DNA of 64,000 bases from the human T2T-CHM13v2.0 reference genome, Homo sapiens (GCF_009914755.1 NC_060929.1); one strand, 5' to 3'; counted from the stretch's first letter, positions 32,331-48,849 are shown. Notes: a model not told the origin generated them from the sequence alone. Program-made: numbers and translations.

Positions 32331-33384
32331 CTACCCTATTTCTGCCACTCTTTAGAACCTGCCTAACCCTGAAACACCCATTCTATCGTACTTAACAGCC
32401 TCCATCCAAACAGTGGCTCTCCCATCCTTATACTAGACCACAAGATCACAAAAAACAGTTTCCACTTTAATCTGGGAGAAGGGGGAATGGTGAATTACTC
32501 TTTATGACAATACCTGATTCACAGTAAATTCTAAATGAATTGGTAGCCTTTTCCTTTCTCTTGGAAGGGGAAAGGTGGATTAAACAGTGACTATTAAAAG
32601 TAGGTTAATAATTATTAAGTGTAGGTTACTATACTTAAGATAAATCCTCTCAGAGATTAGAAATAACATATAGACCAATGCAACTCTAATCAAATTGCCT
32701 CTTCAAATGAGGGAGAGACCCTCTTCACTCTCCCCACATCCTGAGAGTTGTAAGAAAAGGGGAGAGTCAGAAAACAGTCTCTAGGCTATGTTATGATACA
32801 GTAACCTATATCAAGAGCTGGTCCTCTGTTGACACCCTTACCTTTGGAAGAGCTACGAAGGGATCGTCTCTCAGCTCAGATCACAAGTATTTCATGGAGT
32901 GACGTGCTTTCTAAGGAGTGTTTGTATCACTTATTGGTGACAACAACCACTTCCTGATGAATTGCTGTTTGTCTTCATAGTCGCTGGCTAGGGACCCCAT
33001 CTCCCAATTCTGTACTAGTTCAATCATATTGTTCGTGTTGGGACACGAACTCCTTCAACATCTTGACAGGGTGACATTCATCCCAAAGGAGAAGGGTGTA
33101 AGTCAGCCATGTCCACTGAGCCATGAGCCATGATCCTTTTTATCTTAGTCACAGGCCAGAAAGTTTGCCAGGTTTGTTCAGGTTTCCGATGAAATCAGAC
33201 ACCTCCTCCTTCATCAGATAAATCAGATTGTGAGTTCTAAGCATGGCTGCTACTTCTGCCCTGCAGCTTCTTCAGGAGAGATGCCTACTCTTGGCTAAAG
33301 GCCCTCATAGAAGTAGCCAGTGCTGACAGTCTCGGGGTGGATCCCAGCGAGTCCATCCTCTTAGGCGAGGGGATGCTGGGGGCT

Positions 33385-33513
33385 TTTTCTTTTTTAAGAG
33401 ACAGGATCTCACTATGTTGACCAGGCTGGACTTGAACTCCTAGGCTCAAGAAATCCTCCTGCCTCAGCCTCCCAAGTAGCTGGGACTGCAGGCACATGCC
33501 ACTGCACCCTGCA
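33385..33513 (-). mobile_element. FLAM Alu monomer
   Basis: Single arm 'gagacaggatctcactatgttgaccagg...ccactgcaccc'. Confidence 0.8.
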
Positions 33514-33789
33514 CTGTGGGGAATTTTTTAACTTTTGATAACAATGCTAATATAAATATGAAAAGTTTAGATGTAAATTTATAGGCATAAAATACACATG
33601 AAAAGTATATACACATATAAAATATACATTTTAAAAGTATAAAGACGAATATCCTCTCACAAATCATCAGAGGGGTCCAGGAGAGGAAAAGGGAGTATGG
33701 GACAGAAGTTGACAATGTAGTGTTGGAGTTAAGAAACGCAAGCCACATAGCAGGGGTTAAACTCCTACTGTGCCCCTTACTCTCCATGG

Positions 33790-33965
33790 GACCTTACTGG
33801 CTCTGTGGCCTTAACCTCTCCATGCCTCAGTTTCCTCATCTCTGAAAAGGAGATATAAATAGTTCCTACCTTAAAGGGTGTTATGAGGATTAAGTGAGAC
33901 AATAGGTGTGAAATGCACACAACAGTGCCTGGCATGTGGAGAGTGATTAATCAACGGTAACCATT
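33790..33965 (+). mobile_element. MIR
   Basis: Core 'ttaacctctccatgcctcagtttcctcatct...gaggattaagtgag...cagtgcctggca'. Confidence 0.8.
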
Positions 33966-36096
33966 AGTATTCGTTTTGTCTGTAGGTGGTTGCATCTCTG
34001 GGGTGAAAGAACAGAGAGCTACTCTGCTTTTCTCTGGGAATGAGGGAGCACTGTAAGGCCACACATGGGAATAAGGACAATAAGACTGGATAACCTCCTA
34101 AACGATGTTTACAATCTCCCCTAGTGTATTTGGGGTTGGCAGGCATCCCCCACTGCCACCTGTGCATATTACTGACACTTTACAGCCTGCTGTCTGATAG
34201 TGCTGCTGTTGCTGACTTCTGTGTGCCAGGTATACAAATTAGCCACCTGGCTTTTAATCTAATGTATGATGTATTAAAGACATTGCCGTCGCTGTAATTA
34301 TTTGCAGTGGAAGCCTCCCAGTGGAACTTTAGCTGCTGGACTCTTCACTGAAGCTTCCAAACCGGGCTTCAGAAGCCCAGGAATTATCGGCCTTTGCACA
34401 GTACTGCCTGCTCTAACCTTCTAAATCACCATGGCCAAAAAGCCAGATACTCGCCAATTGGCTTAAATGGTGTAACATTTCTCTTCTTCCTGTAGCTGCC
34501 CCATGAAGTAATGTCAAAGGGCAGAGTTTGTTAGGATCTTTCAGTCATAAGTCACAGAAAACCCGATTCAAAGAAGTTGAAACAATCAAGGCAATTAATT
34601 GGCTCATATTATGAAAAGCTCAGGGAGTTGGCTGATCCAGTGGCTCAGTGTTGGAAAAGGGCCTCTTTCCTTTCTGCCTTTCAGCTCTGCCATCTGCAGT
34701 GTCCTCTTCATCCTGAGGCCACCTCTCACCATAGTTGTTGCATGGCTGACTCCTGGCTGCATTCAGGCCTGTGCTTTCCTCCACATCCAGCAGGAGATTC
34801 TGGCCTAGTATTTTTGGCAAGAATTTGAAGCCCACACTGATTCAAGATGCTTAGGTCATATGTTTAACCCTTAAACCAAGGATTGCAACCAGCCATCTCT
34901 GGCATTGGGGTTGGTTTAGCTACCTCTGAAACTCAGAGTCTGTGTGGAGAAACTAACATATGGGTAACCTTGGAAAGGAGGAGGGAGAAATGGGAGCTTG
35001 TATAAAGCAACAAATGTCCTTCATAGGGATGAAGTAATTTGGAAGTAATAGAGGGATGTATGCTTTTGAGGTTCTATGATCTTAGGTCTGTGTTCCCAGA
35101 GTGAGTGAGAACTGCAATGTGGAATATATAAGGGAGGACTTCCATCCCACCATGGGACACACTCATAGGAATCCATGAATATCTAGGTATCATGGTGCCT
35201 GGTATCTGAAAGATACAGCACAGCTCTAGGGACAGAATTTATTAACCCTTTCAGCAGCGAGAATTCATCAACACCCCACCCCACCCCTGCCTCCACTAGC
35301 ACCATTATGCTCACTCAGCAACTCTGCTTCTAACCCTCCTTTTACTGCCAAGAAATTATTTTACTCTTTTTGGTTTTCTATACGTTTGTTCGTCTATTGT
35401 GCTGCCTTATAACCTGTAAGCTATAATTTCAGCTTTCTCGTGACCCCTGCTTCCTCGTGGCCTCTTCGTGTGCATCTTTTCAGATTCTACTCTACCTACC
35501 AATTGCTCAATTCTATTGGTTTCCGGGAGATATGGGGTGAGAAAATCCCATAGCTCGGCTTTGAAAACTGGACAAGATTTTGAGATAAAGAAGAAAGATA
35601 TGACATTTCTTGCATAGAAAAACATACATTAAGATATTTCGGGGGCAAGAAGAAGATTGATTCACCAGAGCAGCGGAAGATGTTAAACAAGAGAAAAGTA
35701 AAGTTGGAAAGGTAGAGTGGCACTGGTTATAGAAACTTTGGAAATAAAGATACATTGAAAGCTTTTAAGCAAAGCACTCATCTGGCCTCTTCATTATTTC
35801 TATAGCCAAAGTCAGCTTTGTTTGAACCCTTATCTTTCTTTTACCCAGTAGCCAATATTTCTTGTCCCTAGTCTCTCTCTGCTTGTTCTGTCACGCCAAT
35901 TCTCGGTAAACCCTACTGGGCTGGAAATTTGAAGTAAGGGGCAGCACTTACCTATAAGACACCACTTACCATTGTCCTGTGAGGAGTCATACCCGCAGTT
36001 CTCAGCCCTATCAGACTCAGTGTCCCCATTTTATAAGAAATCTTCCTATAACTTTCCCTTTGCTATCTTGAAATAGGATGTGTCTACATACCTAAT

Positions 36097-36514
36097 TGTT
36101 ATAGGCTGAACTGTGTCCTTCTAGGAATTCATATATTGAAGTCCTAACCACTAATACCTCAGAATGTGACCATATTTGGAGACAGAGCCTTTAAAGAGGT
36201 AACTAAAATAAAATTAGGTCACTAGAGTGGGCCCTAATCCAGTTCTAGGGTGTCCTTAGAAGAAGAGGAAATTTAGACAGAGACAAGTACGGTGAGAAGG
36301 TGACGTGGAGGCATAGTGAGAAGACAGCAATCGAGGCCTGTTAAGGAGACAATCCCAGGACAGATCCTTCTCCTTATGACTCTCAGAAGAAACCAATCCT
36401 GCTGACATCTTGATCTCAGACTTCCAGACTCCAGAACTGTGAGATAATACATTTCTGTTGTTAAGCCACCTGGTCTGCGGTACTTTATTATGGTGGACCT
36501 TGCAAACAAATACA
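36097..36514 (+). mobile_element. MLT1A/B LTR inserted in a probable hAT-Charlie remnant (~35995-37100)
   Basis: 'tgttataggctgaactgtgtcc' to 'gcaaacaaataca'; perfect TSD ctaat; MER20-like 'tgacaaccaaaaatgtctcc' near 37060. Confidence 0.8.
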
Positions 36515-38479
36515 CTAATTATATATAATGCTTTTATTATAATATAAAGAATACATAAAAGGAGTGTAATTTACCATAAAATATATACAGTATTTCCATA
36601 TGTAAATGCTCAAGCACAACTGTACCAAAAGACATAATGCTTACATCAATACTCTGCATGCAATAGCTATAAATCACTGTGGTGTGACGGTACAAATGCA
36701 GGCTGCCACAGTGTGCGGTGTTGGCAACACAAATACAAACCCTTAAGCAACATAACCATTGGCACATAATTTTTTGTGAAAAAGTCTTGGTAGAGTTCCA
36801 AACAAAACAAATAACAATCTTCCCTCATTTTACGTGGTAGCTGTATTCCTGGAAAATTCAACAAAAACACTGTATTTATTTGGAACACAAGGATAGGTTC
36901 TAAGTACAGACAATTGTAAGTAGGTTTTTCATCTACATGAATGTCCTGTAGAACATTTGAAAGTCACATACAGTTCTTCATTTTCCTGTACATGTTGCAG
37001 GGGGTCAGGATGTCTAGCATCCCTGACCCACATCCCTCAATGCCAGGACAGTGTCATCATGACAACCAAAAATGTCTCCTTATTTCCAGAATATTCTCTA
37101 AAGGGGAGTATCACCTTTGTGACACAAGAAGAAGAGAAAATAAAAGATGTAATCGATGGCTATCTTTTGGTGCGGGATCAGCCCCACCCTACTCCCTATC
37201 AGAACTCCTCCTGCCTGGAGGAAGATAACTGGGGACTAAGTCACAGGGGACTACACAGCAGGCAAGGTCAAGCAATTTCCTAACTGGTTAAAGCCGCAGT
37301 CTTAACACTGCCCTTAAGCTTCATATGGTAAAAGGCTCCTTTGTTGGTTTGAACTTCAGAGGCCTCAAGATACTCCAAGCTTGGTGAAATTTGGCCTCTG
37401 TGGTCATGCCTGTCTCTGGATTTTTCTGTGTTTTATGTGTTCCCACCAGTCACAATGGTAAGCCCTATAATTCACAAGTTTTGGGTAGAATAATTCGAAG
37501 GGTATTGCCTCAGTAGTGGGGAAAAATTCAGTCCTAAAGGCTAATCTAGTCCAGCCTAACAAATATTAAAAACAAACCCGAAAGACTCAAACTGTTTCCT
37601 GCATCCCAGTACAAAGCTCAAGAGTATTTATAGGAATGCAAAAACATCCAGTACCCAACAAGGTAAAATTCGACGTCTGGGATCCAATCAAGCCCCTGGC
37701 CAAGGGAAGGAAGCAGAAATGAAGAGGGAGAAACAATGCTCTATCTTGTACATTTTATGAATGTTATAATCGCCTCCTCTCCCATCGTAAGACTATTATT
37801 ACCTTTTTGTTTATACACCCAAGCATTGTTTGGCTTATCACAATAAGCATGCATTATCATCGTTATTTTAAAAAGGCTTTGTGAACAAACCAATCAAGAA
37901 AATGGGAATATCAAACAAAAAGGAGACAAAAGAAGTTCCTACAGCACATCAAAACTGACTGAAGGTCTCTTTCTCCCTATTTCCTTTGCCTTTTTTTTTT
38001 CCTCTGGCTGCCTCCCTCTCTAGAAAGTTCTCACTTTCTTTACCTTCATGTCTTGCGTTTCTTAAACTTTCTGGATTTTTCAGCTGAACACCGAATGCAA
38101 CTGCACCATGGCCAGTTGTTACAGGAGACTTTGTTTCTTGTTTTTTATTTTTAAATGGGCAGATCTTAATGTTTCACATTTACTTCTCAAAGAAAGAGAA
38201 CACCAACTCCGCCTCTCTGGTGTTCAGCTGCCTTTTATCTGGTCCTCTCCTCCACTCCTTGAGTCAATGGCCGGGCAGTTAAGTCTCCACCAGACCCAGT
38301 CTGTTTGCCCAGAATCCACCTGCCCTGTCCCTAGACAGGAAAACTGCAACTTAGGCAGCATCTGCCTGCACTGAAAACATGTCCCACCTCTTCTTTTTTC
38401 CCTCTGGAGAAAGCTCTTTCTGGCATCGAGTGGGGACAGCTAAGGTCTCCAGGCTGCTGATGAAGTGAGGGAAAGTGGA

Positions 38480-39310
<831 letters not shown>

Positions 39311-39498
39311 AGGACAGGAAGATAACCCAAGGGGAAGGTTTAAAATCCTCTTTTTGGTTTATCTGGTGTATTTGAAGAGAAAGGAGGCTCCTATGGGGCT
39401 CTTCTTACTGCATTAACAAGGACCAGAGTATTTTAAGACTCTTTGAGGGGTGTGAAGGAATTGGCTGTGTTCTTTAAAATACATGTATATTTTTAAAA

Positions 39499-39525
39499 GT
39501 GTGTGTGTGTGTGTGTGTGTGTGTG
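39499..39525. repeat. (TG)n microsatellite, intron 1
   Basis: Directly visible. Confidence 0.9.
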
Positions 39526-41104
39526 TTCCTGAGGGCCTGTGCAAGCAACTGGGCTTTACGACTTGCACTTTTTGGAGGATCTGACCCCTACCCTGGAGAG
39601 AATTGAAGCGACACCAAGAAAGGTACAGCTTTTGGTTGCTATGATTATACACACACTCTGTAGAACAGGACACCCCCTTTCTTGAAACCCGAGCCATGTG
39701 GCTATTGCTGGAATGTGAAGAGACTTTCTAAGGTGAGGTCTTTCTTGTTTCTTTTTCCCATAGTGGCAATTTTATTTTACTTATTCCAACTAGTATTGAT
39801 GTAGACATTTTCATTATGAATTGCTTTTCCCACTTCCACTCTGAAGGGCTGCAAACTTTAAACTTGATTTTTCATTTTGCTTGAAGAATGAATGGGGTTC
39901 AACAATCAAGGAACGAGCTCCCACCTTAAATTGTTTTGTACATATTCATTAGTTTATGGGGTTGGAGGAGATGGAGTCTGCTAGTAAGAGGTAAAGTATT
40001 GTGATTATGTCTCCCAGTCTCCTACATGACCCAGAATTTAACACACATGCCAAGTCTATAGCAAATGACTAAATGTTACTTCTTGAAGCAATAAAATATT
40101 AACATATTTTTCTATATTGCAAGCATCAAAAAGTCTCAAAAGGAGTGCCTACCTTCCAGTAAGTTTAACTGACAAAATTGTATTTTGCTGGACAGGGGCA
40201 AAATGTCAGAAAATAATGATAGCTTATCCTTAGTAGATTACATGGGGAAGAAATCTATATTGCACTGGTTTATTATCTGGCCTTTTGGAAAATAACAGAG
40301 TAATCTATCTCTGGGTCATTGGAGGCGTTACTAATGGCAGAAGCACCTCCAACAGGGACTGGCAATTCCTCAGTCAAACTCAACTGGAAAATGTGCCTGA
40401 GATTCTCAGATCCTTGAATAGTTCCAAAGTGACAAGCAATAGAGGACATAAAACCTTCCTAAGATGTATGAGGGCACAAAAGAGTGAACAGCTTGCTGGG
40501 GTCTTCATTCAGTACTGACAAAATGGACAGTGCAGCTCCATTCCCAGGAAATAGAAAAATCACTTCAACTGATGTTGTCATTTGGCAGTGTTAAACCTGG
40601 GGTTCCTGTGAGTTATTGAGCTCTGAGAACACAATAGGGAGGTAAATTTATTAGAGCTTCATTTGCCCCCTATTCTTTGCTCTCCACTCCTAATTTAAAA
40701 TAGTCCAACTGGGAAGAGTCACTAGCCCTTGTTTTGAGATTCTATAGTGGCAGGAGAAAGGCACAGCTGTGGCTATCACAAGGTAAGTGAACTTCCTAAG
40801 TAGGAGAATTGCCACATTAATGTGACAGCAGCTTCAGACCCTCTCTCAAAGCTTGTAAAACAACTGCCATAGGGTGCTGAGGAAAGGATAATTCTTCCTT
40901 TCCTGTGTCTGGCCCCTTCCCATCTTTTCTCCTCCTATGACTCCCTATGTTCTTAGGATTTTCCTTGGTAACCTTCTCCAGGACTTAGGGAAATAAGGTC
41001 TATTGGACAGGGCCATGCACGAGTGGCTATTTAATAAGTATTTATTGAAATGAATATTTTAGGAGTCTCCTGGAGCTCCATCTTTTCTGAGAGTTAATAC
41101 CTAG

Positions 41105-41430
<326 letters not shown>

Positions 41431-43106
41431 ATAAAGCAACATTTCTATAAAGTGAACGGTGACATTGAAACTGTTTGTCAGTATTATGAAGAACATTCTT
41501 TTTTAACAGAAAGCATGGATGGCATGCTTTGTTTTTGTTTTTCTTTCAAATTGAATGGTCTGGTTTTATAATTTGTAGATTGAAAGCCCACACTATGTAT
41601 GTGGAAGTTAATTAAACTAACAATTTTGCTTTCAAATAGACTAAATTACATTTTTACCTTGAAGATTTTTTAATCAGGTTCTTGTTTGAAGAATCTTTCC
41701 AGATGTCTAGCCTCTTATCTGCTCTGTGCACCAGATAATATTAACTGAGTGGATTACATTCCCATGTGTCTGTGTATGGTGAAGTGATCCTAACCTTCCC
41801 TGACACTTAAAATGCACAAAAGTTAGGTTTGGTGCAAACAAGTACAAAAGAGGAGTCGCCAAATATAGGGAGTCTACCTTTTAGATGAGAGCAAACCCCA
41901 AGTTGAAATATAACTCTACAGTGAGTCACTCTACAGTGACTCTAGCCATAAAATTCCCCAGCCTTCACTCATCTACAGGGCTAGTGGAACTGGGTTGACA
42001 ATAAACCAAGCACAAGAATCTCTGGAAGTCGACTTCAAGTGTGTGCTTCAGGAGGCAATCTCTTCTTTGCAGGGGTGCTCTACCTCCTGAAATCAAGGAC
42101 AAGTGGAGTGAGCTTAGCTCTTCACTTTCAGTTCTGTTCTCCTTCCTCCCAAAGCAACAATGCTCCTGGCATCCCTGGTCAAATTCTCCCTTCCCTCCCT
42201 TTTGGTACAGGTCAAACTTGTCAGTGTCCTAATCCCAGAGAAAGAGCAGAAGCCTAAAGGCAAGCCAGGAAGATAATGAAGAAAAAGATCATTACTTTTC
42301 AATGACGTATGTTCCAAATACAGGTAGATCAATTGGCAGTCAATTATTATTTATTTACATTTATTGAACATTTTCTACAAGCTAAGTTCTCAAATGCTTT
42401 AAATAAGTGTGTACAACACTACCATGAAAGTTGACAGAAGTATCTGTTTTTGAGTAGAATTGATTAAAATCTATTTATAGGTTAAAATCTATTGGTAGAT
42501 TTTAATTAGAACAAAATGTGGTTCAAGAAGTACATGTTAGCATATTAGTCTTTCAAGATAATGCTTTTTTTCCCAAGCTCTTTTCCCATTTAGTGGTATT
42601 AAGTTCACAGGCTTATGAAAACTGTATTTCTCAAATGATTAGACTTAGAGGTAACTGCATCAGACGGAATCATTACAAATTTAGGGTGGAGCAAATACAA
42701 TCAGATACACATTTATTTTTAGAGAAAAATACACGGGCTTCTTCCTTAATGCTAGAAGCCATTGACATTATGCCCTTTTAGAAAGGAAAAGTCAAACTGA
42801 ACATGAACTTGATATGAATTTCACAAATACGATTTTCCTTTAATTCAAATTGCTTTCTCCTTTTTTATAATAGTTTTGGCTTTGTAAATCAACAAATGGC
42901 ATTTCACATATGTCTTTAGTGCTTTTGCAGAAACAAATATTTTTCTATTCATCATTTGTTGGTGAACCCAATCTTTCCTTCTAAAGTATATTAATAATAG
43001 AGATTTATTTGATGGAGATGTTTTAGAATTATCCCTAGAGAATCATGTGACCTTTAACCTATAATATGAACACGTGGTCTTCCATATTAATAGTAACGTA
43101 CAGGCC

Positions 43107-43403
43107 GGCCGGGAGCGGTGGCTCACGTCTGTAATCCCAGCACTTTGGGAGGCCGAGGCGGGTGGATCGCCTGAGCTCAGGAGTTCGAGACCATCCTGGG
43201 CAACATGGTGAAACCCCGTTTCTACTAAAATACAAAAAATTAACTGGGCATGATGGCGTGCACCTGTAGTCCCAGCTACTCGGGAGGCTGAGGCACGAGA
43301 ATCACTTGAGCTCTGGAGGCGGAGGTTGCAGTGATCCAAGATTGTGCCATTGCACTCTACCATGGGCTTCAGAGTGAGACACCATCTCAAAAAAAAAAAA
43401 AAA
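43107..43403 (+). mobile_element. AluS
   Basis: Complete Alu with A tail. Confidence 0.9.
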
Positions 43404-43589
43404 GTAATGTGTAAATTTAAAAGGGCCTCGAAAATCCTGCAGAGAAAATATAAGAATTTGGTGGTGGATAAAGGTGAACTGTAGATTTCAATCAGTTCCT
43501 TTTTATGCTAAAATACAATTTGGTTATGAATAACTGAAAACAAGAATTAACAATATATTTATGCCTTCTCTTTAGTTGAACCAGTGTGA

Positions 43590-43925
<336 letters not shown>

Positions 43926-44128
43926 TGAATCAGGCCGTTAATGATGAAATACCTTAGGGAAATTGTGCTGAAGGAAAAATAGCAGCAGGATGTAATTATT
44001 CTCATGAAAATTAAATCATTGGTTCAGTAAATCTGCTTTAAATATATTTATGTTCCTTCCAGTTATTAAAGTTTATCCTCTTGAAATTTTTAAAATTTTG
44101 ATTTTGGATGGAGTCAAAGAAGTCAAAT

Positions 44129-45293
44129 TGTTGCAGGAAGTCAGGGACCCTGAACAGAGGGACCGGCTGGAGCCACAGCAGAGGAACATAAATTGTGAAG
44201 ATTTCATTTTAATATGGACATAGATCAGTTCCCAAAATTAATACTTTTATAATTTCTTATGCCTGTCTTTACTGCAACCTCTGAACATAAATTGTGAAGA
44301 TTTCATTTTAATATGGACATTTATAAGTTCCCCAAATTAATACTTTTATAATTTCTTATGCCTGTCTTTACCATAATCTCTTAATCCTGTTATCTTCGTA
44401 AGCTGAGAATGTATGTCACCTCAGGACCACTATTGTGTTAAACTGTACAAATTGATTGTAAAACATGTGTGTTTGAACAATATGAAATCAGTGCACCTTG
44501 AAAAAGAACAGAATAACAGTGATTTTTCAGAGAACAAGGGAAGACAAACATAAGGTCTGACTGCCTGCGGGGTTGGGCAGAATAGAGCCATATTTTTCTT
44601 CTTGCAGAGAGCCTATAAATGGACCTGCAAGTAGGGAAGATCTCACTGAATTCTTTTCCTGGCAAGGAATATTAATAATTAAGACCCTGGGAAAGGAATG
44701 CATTCCTGGGGGGAGGTCTATAAACAGCCGGTCTGGGAGTGTCTGTCTTATGTGGTTGAGATAAGGACTGAAATACGCCCTGGTCTCCTGCAGTACCCTC
44801 AGGCTTATTAGGGTGAGGAAAAAACCCCACCCTGGTGAATTTGAGGTCAGACCGGTTCTCTGCTCTCGAACCCTGTTTTCTGTTGTTTAAGACGTTTATC
44901 AAGACAATACGTGCACTGCTGAAAGTAGACCCTTATCAGGAGTTTTTGATTTCGCCCTTTGCCTTGTGATCTTTGCTTTGCTCTTTGCCTTATGATCTTT
45001 GTTGGCTTCAGAAGCATGTGATCTTTGTTCTCCTTTTTGCCCTTTGACGCTTGTGATCTTTGTGACCTACTCCCTATTCGTATACCCCCTCCCCTTTTAA
45101 AGTCCTTAGTAAAAACCTGCTGGTTTTGCGGCTCAGGTGGGCATCACCATCCTACTGATATGTGATGTCACCCCTGGAGGCCCAGCTGTAAAATTCCTCT
45201 CTTTGTACTCTTTCTCTTTATTTCTCAGCCAGCTGACACTTAGGGAAAATAGAAAGAACCTATGTTGAAATATTGGGGGTGGGTCACCCCATA
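44129..45293 (+). mobile_element. MER11 (HERV-K11/HML-8) solo LTR, sense to SHISAL2B
   Basis: Start 'tgttgcaggaagtcagggacc', end 'gaaatattgggggtgggtcaccccata'; perfect 6-bp TSD tcaaat (44123-28, 45294-99); 1165 bp. Confidence 0.92.
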
Positions 45294-46349
45294 TCAAATA
45301 AATAGAGGAACCAAGTATTTGATAACTTATTATCTGAACCAAATATTTGCATGACTCTATATTGGCTAGTCAGTGGTCAGTTAAGAATTTATCTGTGTGT
45401 CTACTGTGTACAGAGTTCAGAAGGGCATATAAAATAATTGAGGCATATAAAAGAAATAGAAAAAATAAGTAGAAGATGTATTGACCAGATTGCAAACTAG
45501 TTAAAATATTGGGATTTATATGTGTGTAGTGTGACTATAAAGTAGAAATAAATGTTTATGGTTTGTGGAACTAGGTCCTATTATTTCTCAAACATCAAGT
45601 GTTATACAAATGCTAGTTGTTACCATTATAAAACTCAATTGCAAAGAATTGTTAAAACTGTTGTGAATATGAATTTCTATAGTGTATTAAAAAGTACTAA
45701 TTATAAATTTTATTGTGAGATACACATATAAACAAATCTAGAATATACATTATAGATATAAATGGAATTTATCAAGAATTTATATATAGAATATATAAAC
45801 TTAGAATATAAATTTAGGATTTATGTATGTATTTAGAATGACACACAAGTGCTTACTTGCTTCCATGTAAAAATAAAATGAAAATCTTTGTGTTAAAAAA
45901 ATTGAGAAAAGTCCCCACCCATATGCTCTATTTTAGCTGCATCCTAAAACTTCTCATATTATGGGGTACCTGTTCTGTGACCTTATCAAATACATCACCA
46001 CTGTGTGATTGCATTAGCTCTCATTTCCTTCTCTGTAGAGGAGATCTCTCAGAGGGTATCCTGTGTCACAGAACAAGGGGGCCAAGATTCCTTGAAAGTT
46101 CTCTTCCTGAAGTTCTGTTTGGAGATTGCATGGCCAAAATGACAGGTTGTTAGCTGAATTTAGTACAAATGACTTAGGCCCAGTTTCTCCACTGGAAGTT
46201 GATTAGTGATTATCAAATAATCAGATTGTAAAATCAATTTTTATCTCAATTGCTTAGGTAAAGTTGCAGTTCATAAATTTGTGCCTAAGAATCATGTAGA
46301 GAGCTTGTTAAAAACACAAGTTCCAGGCTCTGCATTTTAAAACAAGTAG

Positions 46350-46955
46350 CTCCTCTTTCTGCTTCTGTCCTTGTTCCCCTGCTGTCTGCTCTCCAGAGCA
46401 GCCAGAGCAGACCTGTTAAAACACAAGTCAGGTCATGTCACTCCTCTGCTGAAAACACTAATCGCTTCCTATCTCTTTCAATAGAGAAAACAGTCTTCAT
46501 CATGACCTGTGGGGACTTTTGTGATCTGCCCTTTTATTTCTTATCTTCACATGCCCAGCATCATTGGCCCCTTTGCTGTTCCTTGAACTTCCTGACTCAG
46601 GGTCTTTGCACATGCTTCCACTATTGTCTAGGATGCTTTTCCCTCAGATATCTGCATGACTTACATTATCACTTTCCATCTTTACTCAAAAGTTACCTTC
46701 CCAGGAGCTCTCCCCTGGTTACCCTATCTGTATTTTTAACTCCCTTTCAACATTTAATACCCTCTTCCTGCTTTGAATTTATCTTAGGCACTTACCATTA
46801 ACATATTATATCCTTTACTTACCTGTTGTCTATCTTTTGTCCACTCCAACTAGAAACTAAGTTCCAGAAAAGTAGGAGTTTTTGTCTTGTTTGCTCTCTA
46901 CTGTATCCCCAGTGCCTAGAATACATAGCAAATATTCCATGAATGAATTGAATGG
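46350..46955 (+). mobile_element. L2 3' fragment
   Basis: 'caagtcaggtcatgtcactcctctgct', 'ctgtatccccagtgcctaga...gaatgaattgaatg'. Confidence 0.75.
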
Positions 46956-48527
46956 GGTAGCACTGCATGTGTGTGATCAAAGGAGCATATTTTGAGAAAC
47001 ATTGGCAAAATATTGTCACTGTCACAGTCATAAAACATTCATTGATTGCCTTCTCTATACAACGCACTGTGCTAAATAAAAATTGGTTATTTTTCCAGAT
47101 TTAGCTTAGATACTGCTCCAAAATTTTATTTCATATTGACTTTAGAACATAGCAACAGAATTAGTTGGTTTGTTGATTCAAGTTTTGTGTTCTTGTCACT
47201 ATTGAGTGAAGGAGGTCCATTATAGTTAGATGAGGCTGCTTACTTGCAAAGAAATATCCTCATTCTGCCCCTCTCATAAATATATTTTGTCAAATTGACA
47301 AATCAATTCAGTACACCTTTCCCAAATGCATGCTATTGGTAAGGCAAGATTTTACGTGATCAGTGACTTCCTGCTGCTTTCAAATGAGGTGATTTTGGTC
47401 TCTTGCATTGATTTTAACCAAATTAGATATAGTGGAGAGCCCAAAATAAAAATAGTTCAAATGTCACTAGAATGGGAAGAGAAAATTGTTTGTATTTGAA
47501 AGTGAGCCTTTGATGTGATATTTAAACATTGCTGTACCCTTCGTTAAATATGCATGTTCCGTTCCAATGATTCTACTACCTAGCAATGGATGCCAGTGTT
47601 CTAGCTATTGAGAAAGCAAGTCTGTGGCTTTATTGCATTTAAGGAATGTCTTGAAGGTTAGGAATATAATAGAATATTTAAATAACAAAATCAAGCAAGT
47701 AAATATTACATCAGAGGAAAATTGGTTTCACCAGTTAGCCATTTCCTTTCTCATGGGTCAGCCTCTCAATATTTTAGGTTAATTTTTACAGTTGAAACTG
47801 TTTTCATTATAGGAAATCTGAATGGCCTAAAGGGAAATGTGTTCTTGTGTACATACTAAATTGACTTAGGACACTGAACTTTTTTCCCTCTATAAATGAC
47901 AAGAGTCTAAACTAGTCTAATATTAGACTATTTTGCCAAGATTTTCCATAGTATATCTTTATTCTACTGAATTTCATTACAATTTAAGGCTCCAACGTTT
48001 GGAATGGATCTTGAAAAAAGCAAGTCTCTGGTAGTGATTGTAGACTCTAATTGGACTACCCCTAGGGCTCATTCTGTACAGAGGACCTATTGCTAAAGCA
48101 ATTGATTGGTCTTTAAGTTGTGTTCCATAACCACCTTCTTCTTTTTAAACTTTTGTGTTTCGGGTTATGCATGCTTCAAATGCCAATGTTTAAAAGAATA
48201 CCATTGCTTGTAAATTGTTCTGTACAGGACGTACAAAGAAAAAGATGGCTGTGTGAAAGGCACCCTTCTGAGTCTACACTCTGAGGGTGAGGGCTCATTC
48301 CACAGGTTGGGGAGGAATTAATGGCTAATCAAGGAGCAATTAAAGGGGTGTCTTAGAGCCCTGCTTCTCAAACTTTTCCACCAGAGAATCCTTAAATGTA
48401 TACAGTTGTCCCTCAGTATTCATTGAGATTGGTTCGAAGACCCCCTGTGGATACCAAAGTCCTCAGATGTTCAAGTCTCTGATATAAACTGGCATAGTAT
48501 TTGCATGTAACTACACATATCCTTCCA

Positions 48528-48849
<322 letters not shown>

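Noticed and set aside
44184-44380. ~99-bp tandem duplication inside the LTR
   Set aside because: Internal repeats of this kind are a normal part of MER11 consensus sequences
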